Shown piece by piece: positions 47,632-56,732 of a stretch of DNA of 64,000 nt. The notes beneath the pieces were generated by a model that searched no databases, was not told where the DNA came from, and saw nothing but the letters and a program-made list of their open reading frames with translations. The stretch spans positions 27,106 through 91,105 of the forward strand of contig CAXXRZ010000005.1 of assembly GCA_963668205.2 (NCBI GenBank), written 5' to 3'. Source of the stretch: an uncultured Draconibacterium sp. (GTDB taxonomy: Bacteria > Bacteroidota > Bacteroidia > Bacteroidales > Prolixibacteraceae). The stretch's first letter is position 1. Each line of letters starts with the position of its first letter. Position numbers and translations under genes: made by a program.

Positions 47632-49968
47632 CTATTGACTGCCAGAAATAATGAATTTAGATATATCCTGGGGCATTACCAATAACTCATCGATATATAT
47701 TGTATCAGAATATAAATTTGCCCCATTTGAACATAACACTATGTGATCGTTTTTTTGCTCAACACGAAACGTAATTTCATTATATGCCCAATCCCCATCG
47801 TATATATTTGATTTTACAGGGTCGATATACTTTGAATGGGTTATTTTATCAGTTGAATCTTTTACCTCGATCCATATCGTGCTGAAACTCTGGTCGTACA
47901 TATAATTATAGTACCAAAAACTTAAGTTGTATTCAGTATTTGCTTCAAATTGGCCCGGTTTGCTTTTATAAATAATATTAAGTTTATCCTTTTTAAGCCT
48001 CAAAGCCCCTCCTCCCCGATAAATTTTATCAGAAATCAATTCATCGAACGACAAATAGTCAATAGCTGGATCATCTTTTAGGCGGTATGCTGTATTGTTT
48101 CCTTTTTTAAAGATAGTCCGGGTTTCAATTAAACAGTTTATATCATTTGTGCCTGGCGCACATAACGAACCTACCGGCAACCGATACAGTTCAAAATTTT
48201 TGCTCTCGGCCATACCCTCGCCCCTTTTTAATAAACCGCCCTCCAATTTTGTATGCTCCTGCCTTGTGCTGACTATCAACAGTGGCTTATCATTAAGGTC
48301 TCCCACAACAGGCTTTTTATAATATGGAGGTGCAAATATCTGTAATACCTTTTTTGATTCAAGGACAGACGGGCGGGAAAGGACAGCACTCATTAGCGGC
48401 AAACCCGAAAAATAAGATAGTGCCATAGATATTTTTTCAGACTGCAACGTACTATTGTAAGAATGCAATGAAATATATCCATGATAGAATGGGATTGGCA
48501 CAATGGCTTGATAATCTTGGAAATCAATATCCCTTGTGAGTGTTTTTATTTCTTTGCCCATTTCAGATCCCTCATGGAATATATTGCAGTTTTTAACTAT
48601 ATCTTTTCTTATTTCAAGATGCTGTGACATGCCCTCGGAGAAAAGCAACACAGTTGAAAACAAAATTAAACCGGTTGCTATATCTGGTTTCAGCAGCCTT
48701 CTTATCATATTGAAAGACAAAACAATAATTACAAAATAAAACGGCCATGCAAACCTGCCTAATGCCACAAATTGTTTTAATGGTGTTGGCAATAAAAAAC
48801 CTAAGCCGAAGCGAAAAGGTATTGCCATGGAAAAAAGCAATAAAACAACGGCAGACAATAGCAAAGCCGCCTCATCTTTTGATAGCAGTTTGTTTAAAAT
48901 CCACCTTTTACGGGCAATAAGATTGTATAAAATAGATATTACAACACCTATTATCGTTAAGTTTGTTGTCATCCCAACATAATTACCGACCTTGCACCAT
49001 GATTGTTTTTCCTGGGGTGACAAGTCCAGAACAGCATTATATATTGGCCGCAAATATGAATGGTTTGGTAAAAAAACAGAATAAAAAGAAGCCTTATGCC
49101 CGGTTAGGTAAGGCATGTCTATACGGCCTTCGTGAGTGTCGAAAAAAGTAATTACACAATACACGGCAATTGCCGGGACAATGACCTGCAAAGCTATGGG
49201 CACCAAACTTTTACGAACACACTTCTCCCTGCCAAGCAAAATGGCAAAAAAATGGAATAAAAATGTAAAGCTTAAAATAATCAGCCCAAGGTAGTTGTGT
49301 GTATAAAACCAAAACAGTGTATTGATTAAGATAATAATAGAAAATTTGTATTTATATTCAAATTCCTGGAACTTAAGCAGCAGATACCAGGATATTGGGA
49401 AAAAACAAGGATATGACAAAGCATAATGGCCATATTTCCATAAAATAGCATTTGAGCACAATATTGTAATTGAAATTGCCCCCGCCATTGAAATTAGCAC
49501 AGGGTGTTTGTAATAATCAAGTATCAGGAAAACAAATAAAGAACAAATCACTAACGAAATCAGCATAAAAAAATTTAGAATGCCCGTTAAGTATGGGGTA
49601 AGGTCAAAAAAATTACGGCATAAAAATTTTAAAATATTTGAGAACAAAGGGTGGGCATCTACCATAAATATGGTCTCGCCGTAGGGATAATTCATCCCCT
49701 CAAAATTAAAATAACCGGGATCGTTTTTTATATGGTATAAAAAGTTAAAATAATTTTTCAGCCCGTCCCCTTTTACAGCAAAAAGGGTATTGTTTAAGTT
49801 TATAATCACATCAAAGTACAAAAACGCAATAATACCAACAGTGATAAGTATTAAAAATGCTATCTGTTTACTTTTTGCCATGTGTGCCATCATTTTTTTT
49901 GCCTGCCGCCCATAAGTTTCCGTACAACAAACTTCTCGTGCTGCTTTTTGTTTTGTGCAATCTTTCAT
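47632..49968 (-). CDS. Large polytopic membrane protein with a C-terminal soluble domain (GT-C / YfhO-like topology), function unknown
   Basis: About 12 predicted TM helices are followed by roughly 300 aa of soluble sequence. The start is uncertain: TTG 49980, ATG 49968, 49893 or 49881. The gene is visibly AT-rich. Confidence 0.5.
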   Translation of the reverse strand: MKDCTKQKAAREVCCTETYGRQAKKMMAHMAKSKQIAFLILITVGIIAFLYFDVIINLNNTLFAVKGDGLKNYFNFLYHIKNDPGYFNFEGMNYPYGETIFMVDAHPLFSNILKFLCRNFFDLTPYLTGILNFFMLISLVICSLFVFLILDYYKHPVLISMAGAISITILCSNAILWKYGHYALSYPCFFPISWYLLLKFQEFEYKYKFSIIILINTLFWFYTHNYLGLIILSFTFLFHFFAILLGREKCVRKSLVPIALQVIVPAIAVYCVITFFDTHEGRIDMPYLTGHKASFYSVFLPNHSYLRPIYNAVLDLSPQEKQSWCKVGNYVGMTTNLTIIGVVISILYNLIARKRWILNKLLSKDEAALLLSAVVLLLFSMAIPFRFGLGFLLPTPLKQFVALGRFAWPFYFVIIVLSFNMIRRLLKPDIATGLILFSTVLLFSEGMSQHLEIRKDIVKNCNIFHEGSEMGKEIKTLTRDIDFQDYQAIVPIPFYHGYISLHSYNSTLQSEKISMALSYFSGLPLMSAVLSRPSVLESKKVLQIFAPPYYKKPVVGDLNDKPLLIVSTRQEHTKLEGGLLKRGEGMAESKNFELYRLPVGSLCAPGTNDINCLIETRTIFKKGNNTAYRLKDDPAIDYLSFDELISDKIYRGGGALRLKKDKLNIIYKSKPGQFEANTEYNLSFWYYNYMYDQSFSTIWIEVKDSTDKITHSKYIDPVKSNIYDGDWAYNEITFRVEQKNDHIVLCSNGANLYSDTIYIDELLVMPQDISKFIISGSQ

Positions 49969-49994
49969 AAACTTAAACAAGGCACATATAAAAC

Positions 49995-51230
49995 CTAAAA
50001 TAATCCCGTTTCAAAAATCAAATAAACCACAACCCCCACAATCAATGCCGGGATGGTTGTTATAACTGTAGCGAGCAACGATGATTTTTTGTCGATTGCC
50101 AGCAAGGGGAACAATGCATCGCCGTCTTGCGAGAGCGCATTGGCCAGCAGTGCGGCAAACGGGAGCATACCTTTAGTGTATAGCGTTACAAAAATAACCT
50201 GGGGACCGCATCCGGGAATAAGCCCTAAGGCTGCCCCTACAAAAACTGATGCCATGCCGGAAGCCAACATCCAGTCCTTTACCACATCTTCGCCCCCCAC
50301 GGCATAAACGGCCATCTCATAAATAACATAAGCAACAAAGACCCAAGTACTTACAAACGCAGTGTCTTCTGCGTTATGCACCAATGTTTCTTTTAACGAA
50401 AAAACTTTGCTCTCCTCTTCACCGTGGCTATCGCTTTTCAGTACCTTTTTGTTCACAATCATGTATATAATTGAAAAAAAAGTGCCGCCAATGCCCAGTA
50501 TCGTGCCGAAGTGAGGTATGCCCAAGCCCATATCCACATCTACCTGGAAAAGCATCAATATGCCCAGTATCAACCCAACTCCGGTTAAAGCCCAAAATAT
50601 TTTGTACGCAATTTTGTGGGTAAAAATGTGGGCAAAAGAAGATTCTTTTTCATGCGGGGCGATCTTATGGTGAAAAAGTATGTCTATTGCATCGCCTTCG
50701 GCATGGCCAATGTGGCACATACACTCTGGGTGTACCCCCTTTGTTATCAGTTCTTCTTCCAGTTGTGGGTGTTCCTGTTTTGTCCCGTTTAATTCGTCCA
50801 ACAGTTTCTGCTTCCTTTTGTTAAAACGGCTGTCGATTTTCATCTTGTCAACAATGTAACCGCTTGCAATTGCAACTACTAAACTTACTGCCGATACAAT
50901 AAGGTACTCTTTGGGCAGGACCGACATAAGCACAAAAGCCGAGTCGCCCATTGTGGCAATAAGCGTGGCGATTACAGTGCCAAAAGTAACCGTGCCTTTC
51001 AGGTACAGGGGCATTACGAAAATAGCCCCGCCGCAACCCGGCGAAAGCCCCAGCATGGAGCCGATAACGGGCTGCCACCTTTTCGATTTTTCAAGCGAAC
51101 GAACAAGGCCTCCTTGCCGTTTATAATTGATATACCCAAATATCAGGAGCACTGCCCCCACAAAAACGCCTACCTGTAAGAAAGAGTTCTCGGCGCAGGA
51201 TAGTATTATTTCAAATATGTCACGTATCAT
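49995..51230 (-). CDS. ArsP_2-like permease (usually annotated as a putative manganese/metal transporter)
   Basis: It has two PGCG repeats (LSPGCGGAIFV and LIPGCGPQVIFV) in a polytopic protein. The central loop, HPECMCHIGHAEGDAIDILFHHKIAPHEKESSFAHIFTH, is rich in His and Cys. Confidence 0.6.
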   Translation of the reverse strand: MIRDIFEIILSCAENSFLQVGVFVGAVLLIFGYINYKRQGGLVRSLEKSKRWQPVIGSMLGLSPGCGGAIFVMPLYLKGTVTFGTVIATLIATMGDSAFVLMSVLPKEYLIVSAVSLVVAIASGYIVDKMKIDSRFNKRKQKLLDELNGTKQEHPQLEEELITKGVHPECMCHIGHAEGDAIDILFHHKIAPHEKESSFAHIFTHKIAYKIFWALTGVGLILGILMLFQVDVDMGLGIPHFGTILGIGGTFFSIIYMIVNKKVLKSDSHGEEESKVFSLKETLVHNAEDTAFVSTWVFVAYVIYEMAVYAVGGEDVVKDWMLASGMASVFVGAALGLIPGCGPQVIFVTLYTKGMLPFAALLANALSQDGDALFPLLAIDKKSSLLATVITTIPALIVGVVVYLIFETGLF

Positions 51231-51347
51231 ACTTTTTATTTAACTGTTGTCACAAAATCACCTATCGGCACCGTAATAACCTACTGTGCGTAAATCAAAC
51301 AACACAAATTTAAGCTTGCTAATATTATTCACAAACATCCCTAACGG

Positions 51348-51950
51348 TTATTTTAAGGTGTCCTGCCCGGTGAGCTGCAACAGGAAAAGCAATATTTGAT
51401 CTTTCTGGTGCTTGAATGCCTCTTTTAAAGACTGTAGCGCACGTCCCATTAAATTACGGACTGTTTGCACTTTAGTGTCAAAAATATCGGCAATTTGCAC
51501 ATAAGGCATATTGTTGTAGAACCGCAGGTAAATAATTTCCTGTTGCTTTTCCGAGAGTTTTTCAATTGCATTAATTACAACATGCCTTTGCTTGTCCTCA
51601 ACCTCTTTACTAATCAACTGTTGTTCAATAGATTCCACCAGGCTAAACTCAATATCCCCCCTAATTTCCGCCCCTCCAGTTTTTTTCCCTTGGCTTTCTT
51701 TTATAAGTTTATACCGGAGTGCCCTTAAAAGGTAAAAACGTACGTTGTCTGTTTTTGCCAACCGCTCACCTGATTTTATCAATTCGAAAAAAAGCTCCTG
51801 TATGCAGTCCTTCACCGTGTCGGCATCTGGTATGAATTTTAAGCCATAATAATAAAGTGCGGAATAGTTTTCTTCATAAATAAGCTCCAGGGCATCTTTG
51901 TTCCCTTGCCTGAAACTGTCCCATATTATATTTTCTTTTATGTCCTTCAA
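51348..51950 (-). CDS. ECF sigma-70 factor (Bacteroides-expansion type), solitary
   Basis: Region 2 reads VKDCIQELFFELI...RFYLLRALRYKLI. Region 4 reads LSEKQQEIIYLRFYNNMPYVQIADIFDTKVQTVRNLMGRAL. Confidence 0.8.
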   Translation of the reverse strand: MKDIKENIIWDSFRQGNKDALELIYEENYSALYYYGLKFIPDADTVKDCIQELFFELIKSGERLAKTDNVRFYLLRALRYKLIKESQGKKTGGAEIRGDIEFSLVESIEQQLISKEVEDKQRHVVINAIEKLSEKQQEIIYLRFYNNMPYVQIADIFDTKVQTVRNLMGRALQSLKEAFKHQKDQILLFLLQLTGQDTLK

Positions 51951-52057
51951 ATTTTTTTACTAAAATAGCCAAACAGATGGGATAAAAACCCCCCAAATAT
52001 AGCCAATCACTAATGAAAAATATTTCAGCAGCCCCGCAATCTTTCGTATTTACTTTC

Positions 52058-52065
52058 TAAATTTG
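52058..52065 (+). promoter_or_regulatory. Bacteroidota -7 box candidate (TAAATTTG) for kdsA
   Basis: Matches TAnnTTTG, 21 nt upstream of the ATG at 52086. Confidence 0.45.
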
Positions 52066-52085
52066 CATAAAATCTGAATCGGGTT

Positions 52086-52898
52086 ATGAATTTTCAAATC
52101 GACAAACTAAAACATATAGGCTCCGGGAACTTCTTTCTGATGGCAGGTCCATGTGCAATAGAAGGGGAAAAGATGGCAATGGGGATTGCAGAAAAAATTG
52201 TTGAAATAACTGACAGGTTACAAATACCCTTCATTTTTAAAGGCTCGTACCGAAAGGCAAACCGTTCGCGCTTGGACTCATTTGCCGGGATTGGCGATGA
52301 AAAAGCGTTGGGGATATTAAAAAAGGTAAGCTACACTTTCGATGTCCCAACAGTTACCGACATCCACTCGGCTGGCGAAGCGACAATTGCTGCCGGGCAT
52401 GTTGACGTGTTGCAGATCCCCGCCTTTTTGTGCCGCCAAACCGACATCCTGGTTGCGGCTGCAAAAACAGGCAAGGCCGTGAACATAAAAAAAGGGCAGT
52501 TCTTATCTGCGGAAGCCATGCGGTTTGCTGTCAACAAAGTACGTGAAAGCGGAAACGAAAAAGTGATGCTTACAGAGCGGGGCACCACTTTCGGCTACCA
52601 AGATCTAGTTGTCGACTTCCGCGGGATACCGGTTATGCAGTCCATGGACGTTCCGGTGGTGTTGGACATCACGCACTCCTTGCAACAGCCCAACCAAGCC
52701 AGTGGCGTTACCGGTGGCAAACCGGAACTGATAACAACCATAGCCCGTGCCGGCGTTGCGGTAGGCGTTGACGGCATTTTTATTGAAACCCACCCCGATC
52801 CTTCAGTGGCAAAATCGGACGGGGCAAACATGCTGAAACTTGACTTATTGGAAGAGTTGCTTAAGGGCTTGCTGGCGATAAAACAAAGTTCAACATAG
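52086..52898 (+). CDS. kdsA: 3-deoxy-8-phosphooctulonate synthase
   Basis: It has AGPCAIE, FKGSYRKANRS, DVLQIPAFLCRQTD and DITHSLQ. Confidence 0.93.
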   Translation: MNFQIDKLKHIGSGNFFLMAGPCAIEGEKMAMGIAEKIVEITDRLQIPFIFKGSYRKANRSRLDSFAGIGDEKALGILKKVSYTFDVPTVTDIHSAGEATIAAGHVDVLQIPAFLCRQTDILVAAAKTGKAVNIKKGQFLSAEAMRFAVNKVRESGNEKVMLTERGTTFGYQDLVVDFRGIPVMQSMDVPVVLDITHSLQQPNQASGVTGGKPELITTIARAGVAVGVDGIFIETHPDPSVAKSDGANMLKLDLLEELLKGLLAIKQSST

Positions 52899-53162
52899 AA
52901 GGTTTTTAGTGAAGAATTTTCTCAGTAGGATTATATTTAAGGTAAATGGTGCATTAAACTTTGGACAGGACGGATTTGAGAGAATTAAATCTGAAAACAA
53001 TGTATTTGATGGACTTTATGGAAGAACAGATTTCTTTTGGCACAAAATGGTTTTGGCTATGGCAGTAGTACCGATATACATCGGTACGGGCAGGTACAAA
53101 CCTACGAATTGAGCATTTACCCGCTATTGCCTATGAGCCATTGTTATGGCTTAGTGGTTTAG

Positions 53163-54242
53163 TTATCTCTTTGCTAATAAATCAAATAATCTTTCGTTTA
53201 TATAATAATTTCCTGTTCCGATTCTCTCTTTCCTTAACATTCCGTCTTCTGCCAATTTATTTAAATAATTTGCTGCTGTTATACGAGAAACATTCAAGTC
53301 GTTAACTATAAATTCAATCTTTGTATAAGGATGTTTGAACAGATTATTTAATAAATCTTGACTATAAAACTTATAATTATCTCTTAATTTATACTTGTAT
53401 TCTAACATCAATTCACGTATTTGAAAAATCAAACTTATCGTTTCTTTTGATGTAATTTCAATTCCTCGTATGATGAATAAAATCCATTCTTCCCAGTTAT
53501 TATCATCTCGAATTTGTTGCAAGTAACGGTAGTAATCAGGTTTGTTTTTGATGATGTGATTACTTAAATATAAAATCGGTAAATTTTGTAATTCTTCAAG
53601 AATCAAATACAAAATGTTTATAATCCTACCAGTTCGTCCATTCCCATCATAAAATGGGTGGATACTTTCAAATTGAAAATGAATTATCGCTAATTTTACA
53701 AGAGGGTCATAATCGCACATTGATTGATTATTTATAAACTCCTCTAAGTTTGCCATTAGTTTATTAATCTCATTGATATCTTGTGGTGGAGTATAAACTG
53801 TTTCTCCTGTCGTAGAATTTTTCAATGAAGTACCTGACAATTTTCGAAATCCAGCATTGTTTTTTTCGAGTTCCTTTTGAATCTCAATGATGATATTGTT
53901 TGTTATTAGCTTTTTTGTCTTAACTAATTCAAATCCTTTTTTCAAAGCTGAAACATAATTCTGGACCTCTTTTGCTTCAAGAGATTTAAACGAATCAAAA
54001 TTTAACTCTGATTTGTACAAATCATCGTGAGTTGTAATAATATTTTCAATTGCTGAACTATCTTTTGCTTCTTGTAATCCAAGCGTATTAACTAAAATAA
54101 TCTGATTAGGAATCGTTGATGCAATTCCTTTTAATTCAGCTAATGCAGCGTGAGCCGAAGGTAAAGCTTTTAAGATAGTTTTACTTTCAACATCAAAAGA
54201 GAGCGGAAGTTCTTTTAGTTTCCAATTGCTTTCATTATTCAT
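53163..54242 (-). CDS. Fic-family protein, class II, with a C-terminal winged-helix domain
   Basis: The Fic motif HPFYDGNGRTGR is intact. The N-terminal inhibitory-helix motif SSAIEN fits [ST]xxxE[GN]. The C-terminus IVNDLNVSRITAANYLNKLAEDGML resembles a wHTH. Confidence 0.9.
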   Translation of the reverse strand: MNNESNWKLKELPLSFDVESKTILKALPSAHAALAELKGIASTIPNQIILVNTLGLQEAKDSSAIENIITTHDDLYKSELNFDSFKSLEAKEVQNYVSALKKGFELVKTKKLITNNIIIEIQKELEKNNAGFRKLSGTSLKNSTTGETVYTPPQDINEINKLMANLEEFINNQSMCDYDPLVKLAIIHFQFESIHPFYDGNGRTGRIINILYLILEELQNLPILYLSNHIIKNKPDYYRYLQQIRDDNNWEEWILFIIRGIEITSKETISLIFQIRELMLEYKYKLRDNYKFYSQDLLNNLFKHPYTKIEFIVNDLNVSRITAANYLNKLAEDGMLRKERIGTGNYYINERLFDLLAKR

Positions 54243-54244
54243 TG

Positions 54245-54271
54245 TGTAAAGGATTTTGAATTTCCTTTACA
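54245..54271. promoter_or_regulatory. Perfect 9-bp inverted repeat abutting the fic start codon (operator candidate)
   Basis: TGTAAAGGA-ttttgaatt-TCCTTTACA, beginning 3 nt upstream of the fic ATG (54242, minus strand). Confidence 0.4.
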
Positions 54272-54516
54272 AAGATAATCAATAATGTATAAAAATCTCT
54301 ATTTTCTTTACATTACTTGCTTCGTATGATAAAAAAAACGATTTTCTATACAAAGAACGCTGGTTTTACCATTGCCCATAACGGAAAGTATATGCAAAGT
54401 AGGCGATTTGCGGGCTTCAAACTTATAAAACCGTTACAAAGGTAAAGCGGGCTACAACCCTTTAATTTACTACTGCCACGCCTATTTTGTATATACATTA
54501 TTAACGGCCGGAATTT

Positions 54517-54996
54517 TCATTCTTTCTTCAAGTAAGGATTAAAAGCTATTTCCCAAAGATTCCCGTCTGGGTCTGCAACATAACTACTATATCCGCCCCA
54601 AAATACTTTCTGGGGTTCCTTTACTATTTTAACTCCTTTATCTCTTAATGATCCTATCAAATCGTCCACTTCTTTCTCGCTCCAAACATTATATGAGATT
54701 GTAAATCCCTTGAAGCCTTTTCCAGTTGAATCAACAGTCGCATCTTTAGCCAATTCTACCCTTGAATACAAAGCAATATGAATTCCATTTAATTGATACA
54801 ATATCATATCCTCATCGCTCATCTCAGACCTTTTCCAACCGAATTTGTTTTCATAAAAATCAATAGAAGTTTTTAAGTCACTTACTCCCAATGTCATAAA
54901 AGTTATTCTTTGCTCCATTTTAATGTCATTTTTGTTCTGTCCAAAACTATATATTGTCATAAATATTAATATACTCAATAAACCAAATATTTTCAT
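54517..54996 (-). CDS. VOC (glyoxalase/bleomycin-resistance fold) family protein
   Basis: It has ITFMTLGVSDLKTSIDFYENKFGW...ADPDGNLWEIAFNP. Either the N-terminal 26 aa are a signal peptide or the true start is MEQRI at 54918. Confidence 0.75.
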   Translation of the reverse strand: MKIFGLLSILIFMTIYSFGQNKNDIKMEQRITFMTLGVSDLKTSIDFYENKFGWKRSEMSDEDMILYQLNGIHIALYSRVELAKDATVDSTGKGFKGFTISYNVWSEKEVDDLIGSLRDKGVKIVKEPQKVFWGGYSSYVADPDGNLWEIAFNPYLKKE

Positions 54997-55007
54997 AAGT
55001 TTTGTTT

Positions 55008-55163
55008 TTATAGTTTATGATTTTGTCTATCAAGTATTTCTTTTTGAACCGATTTACTTAATGATGAAAACACTAACTGATAGGATTGATTTATCATCTT
55101 TCTTAATATTTCGCCTGGTACTTCTCCATTTAAATCAACAGAATTCCAATGGCTTTTATTCAT
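55008..55163 (-). pseudogene. Remnant (C-terminal half) of an MmcQ/YjbR-family gene
   Basis: A minus-strand 51-codon ORF, too short for the ORF track, translates as MNKSHWNSVDLNGEVPGEILRKMINQSYQLVFSSLSKSVQKEILDRQNHKL. The HMNKxHWN(S/T)V...SY.LV pattern is the YjbR C-terminal signature. The upstream sequence is out of frame or deleted. Confidence 0.45.
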
Positions 55164-55369
55164 ACAGCCTGAGTCCGATTTCAAATTTAGTAATTTGTTT
55201 TTGTATCCTCTTTATTATGCCGAGTTTTCTTTTTTCGTCAATATAGAGGTATTGGGTTGGTATATTGTATGGGGTTTCTTTTGCCACCATATTCCAATGT
55301 GGACAATTGAAAGATGGGCTTAGGGCTAAAGGGGTTGACAATTTCTGCCGCGAATGGTGTACGTTGTTG

Positions 55370-56638
55370 CTAATGAAAGAAAAGATAAGCCATAAATATA
55401 GAGGCAACAATCCCGGCAAAGTCGGCAATTAGACCGCACACCACGGCATATCGCGTGTTTTTTATGCCCACTGCGCCAAAATAGACGGCAAGGATGTAGA
55501 AAGTTGTGTCGGTAGCGCCTTGCACGGTGCTTGCCACACGCCCCACAAACGAATCTGCCCCATAGGTTGACATTGCATCGACCATCATACCGCGCGCACC
55601 ACTGCCGCTCAATGGTTTCATAAATGCGGTGGGCAATGCCGGGGCAAAATCGGTATTGACCCCCAAACTTTCAAAAACCCAGGTGAAGCCTGCAACCAGC
55701 CAGTCCATTGCCCCCGATGCCCTAAAAACACCGATGGCGACCAATATCGCAACCAGATAAGGGATAATTTTGACTGCCGTCTTAAACCCATCCTTCGCAC
55801 CTTCTATAAAAGCTTCGTAAACATTTACCTTTCTCAATACTGCCATTAAAATAAAAGCCACTATAACTGTAAACAAAATAAGGTTGCTTGCAACATTTGA
55901 AATTTGCGTGATGGCATCCTTGTCAAGTGTGGAAAAATACCAAATTATGCCTGCCACAAAGGCTGTCAACGCCCCAAGATATGCCAAAACCACTTTGTCC
56001 AGCAAGTTTATTTTCTGATAAAATGCTACTGCCACCAGGCCGGCAATGGTGGAAAAATATGTTGCCAACAAAATAGGTATGAAAATATCCGACGGGCTAA
56101 CCGCCCCCATTTGCGCCCGATATACCATTATGCTTATAGGCAGCAGCGTAAGCCCTGAGGTGTTCAGCACGAGGAACATGATTTGTGCGTTAGATGCGGT
56201 CTTTTTGTTTGGATTTGTTTCCTGCATTTCCTGCATGGCCTTTAAGCCCATTGGCGTAGCGGCATTGTCGAGGTTGAGCATGTTTGCGGCAATGTTGAGC
56301 ATTATTGAACCGTGTGCGGGATGCGACTTGCCCAGTTCTGGGAACAATTTGTTGAAAAACGGGCCGATAAGCCTTGAAAACACCCTTACTATGCCCCCCT
56401 TCTCCCCTATTTTCATTATGCCCATCCAAAGGGTAAGCACACCGGTAAGGCCCAAGGATATTTCGAAACCGGCCTTGGCCATGTCGAAAGTGGCGTTCAT
56501 CATTTCGGGGAAAACCTGTGCGTCTCCCATAAAAATGAGTTTTGCCAAACCAATCACAAAAGCAGCAAGGAAAAAAAATATCCAAATATAATTCAGAGCC
56601 ATTGTTTTAAATTGAGGAGTGAGTACAAGCTCAAACAA
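55370..56638 (-). CDS. Nucleoside-recognition (Gate) domain membrane protein, fused SpmA/SpmB type
   Basis: It is a 422-aa polytopic protein with GLTGVLTLWMGIMKIGEKGGIV... and NTSGLTLLP. Confidence 0.7.
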   Translation of the reverse strand: MFELVLTPQFKTMALNYIWIFFFLAAFVIGLAKLIFMGDAQVFPEMMNATFDMAKAGFEISLGLTGVLTLWMGIMKIGEKGGIVRVFSRLIGPFFNKLFPELGKSHPAHGSIMLNIAANMLNLDNAATPMGLKAMQEMQETNPNKKTASNAQIMFLVLNTSGLTLLPISIMVYRAQMGAVSPSDIFIPILLATYFSTIAGLVAVAFYQKINLLDKVVLAYLGALTAFVAGIIWYFSTLDKDAITQISNVASNLILFTVIVAFILMAVLRKVNVYEAFIEGAKDGFKTAVKIIPYLVAILVAIGVFRASGAMDWLVAGFTWVFESLGVNTDFAPALPTAFMKPLSGSGARGMMVDAMSTYGADSFVGRVASTVQGATDTTFYILAVYFGAVGIKNTRYAVVCGLIADFAGIVASIFMAYLFFH

Positions 56639-56732
56639 AAATAAAAATTCAAAAACAAAAAACCCACGTTTCCATAACGAATTAAGGAAACGTGGGCAAT
56701 TTATTATTTTGAGGTATCTTTAAAGACCCTAA

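Noticed and set aside
51231-51347. A yybP-ykoY (manganese) riboswitch in the leader of the ArsP_2-like transporter
   Set aside because: I could not find the conserved GGGGAGUAG or UUGACA-type cores or the four-helix architecture in the 117-nt leader.
52909-53112. 67-aa plus-strand ORF between kdsA and fic
   Set aside because: It has a GTG start and no recognisable family. It contains a perfect palindrome GTACCGAT-atac-ATCGGTAC, which suggests non-coding sequence, and it lies in the junction of the AT-rich islet.
55156-55428. 90-aa minus-strand ORF as a real gene
   Set aside because: Its first roughly 20 codons overlap the 3' end of the SpmA/B-like gene in another frame. The remainder is better explained as the out-of-frame upstream part of the YjbR remnant.
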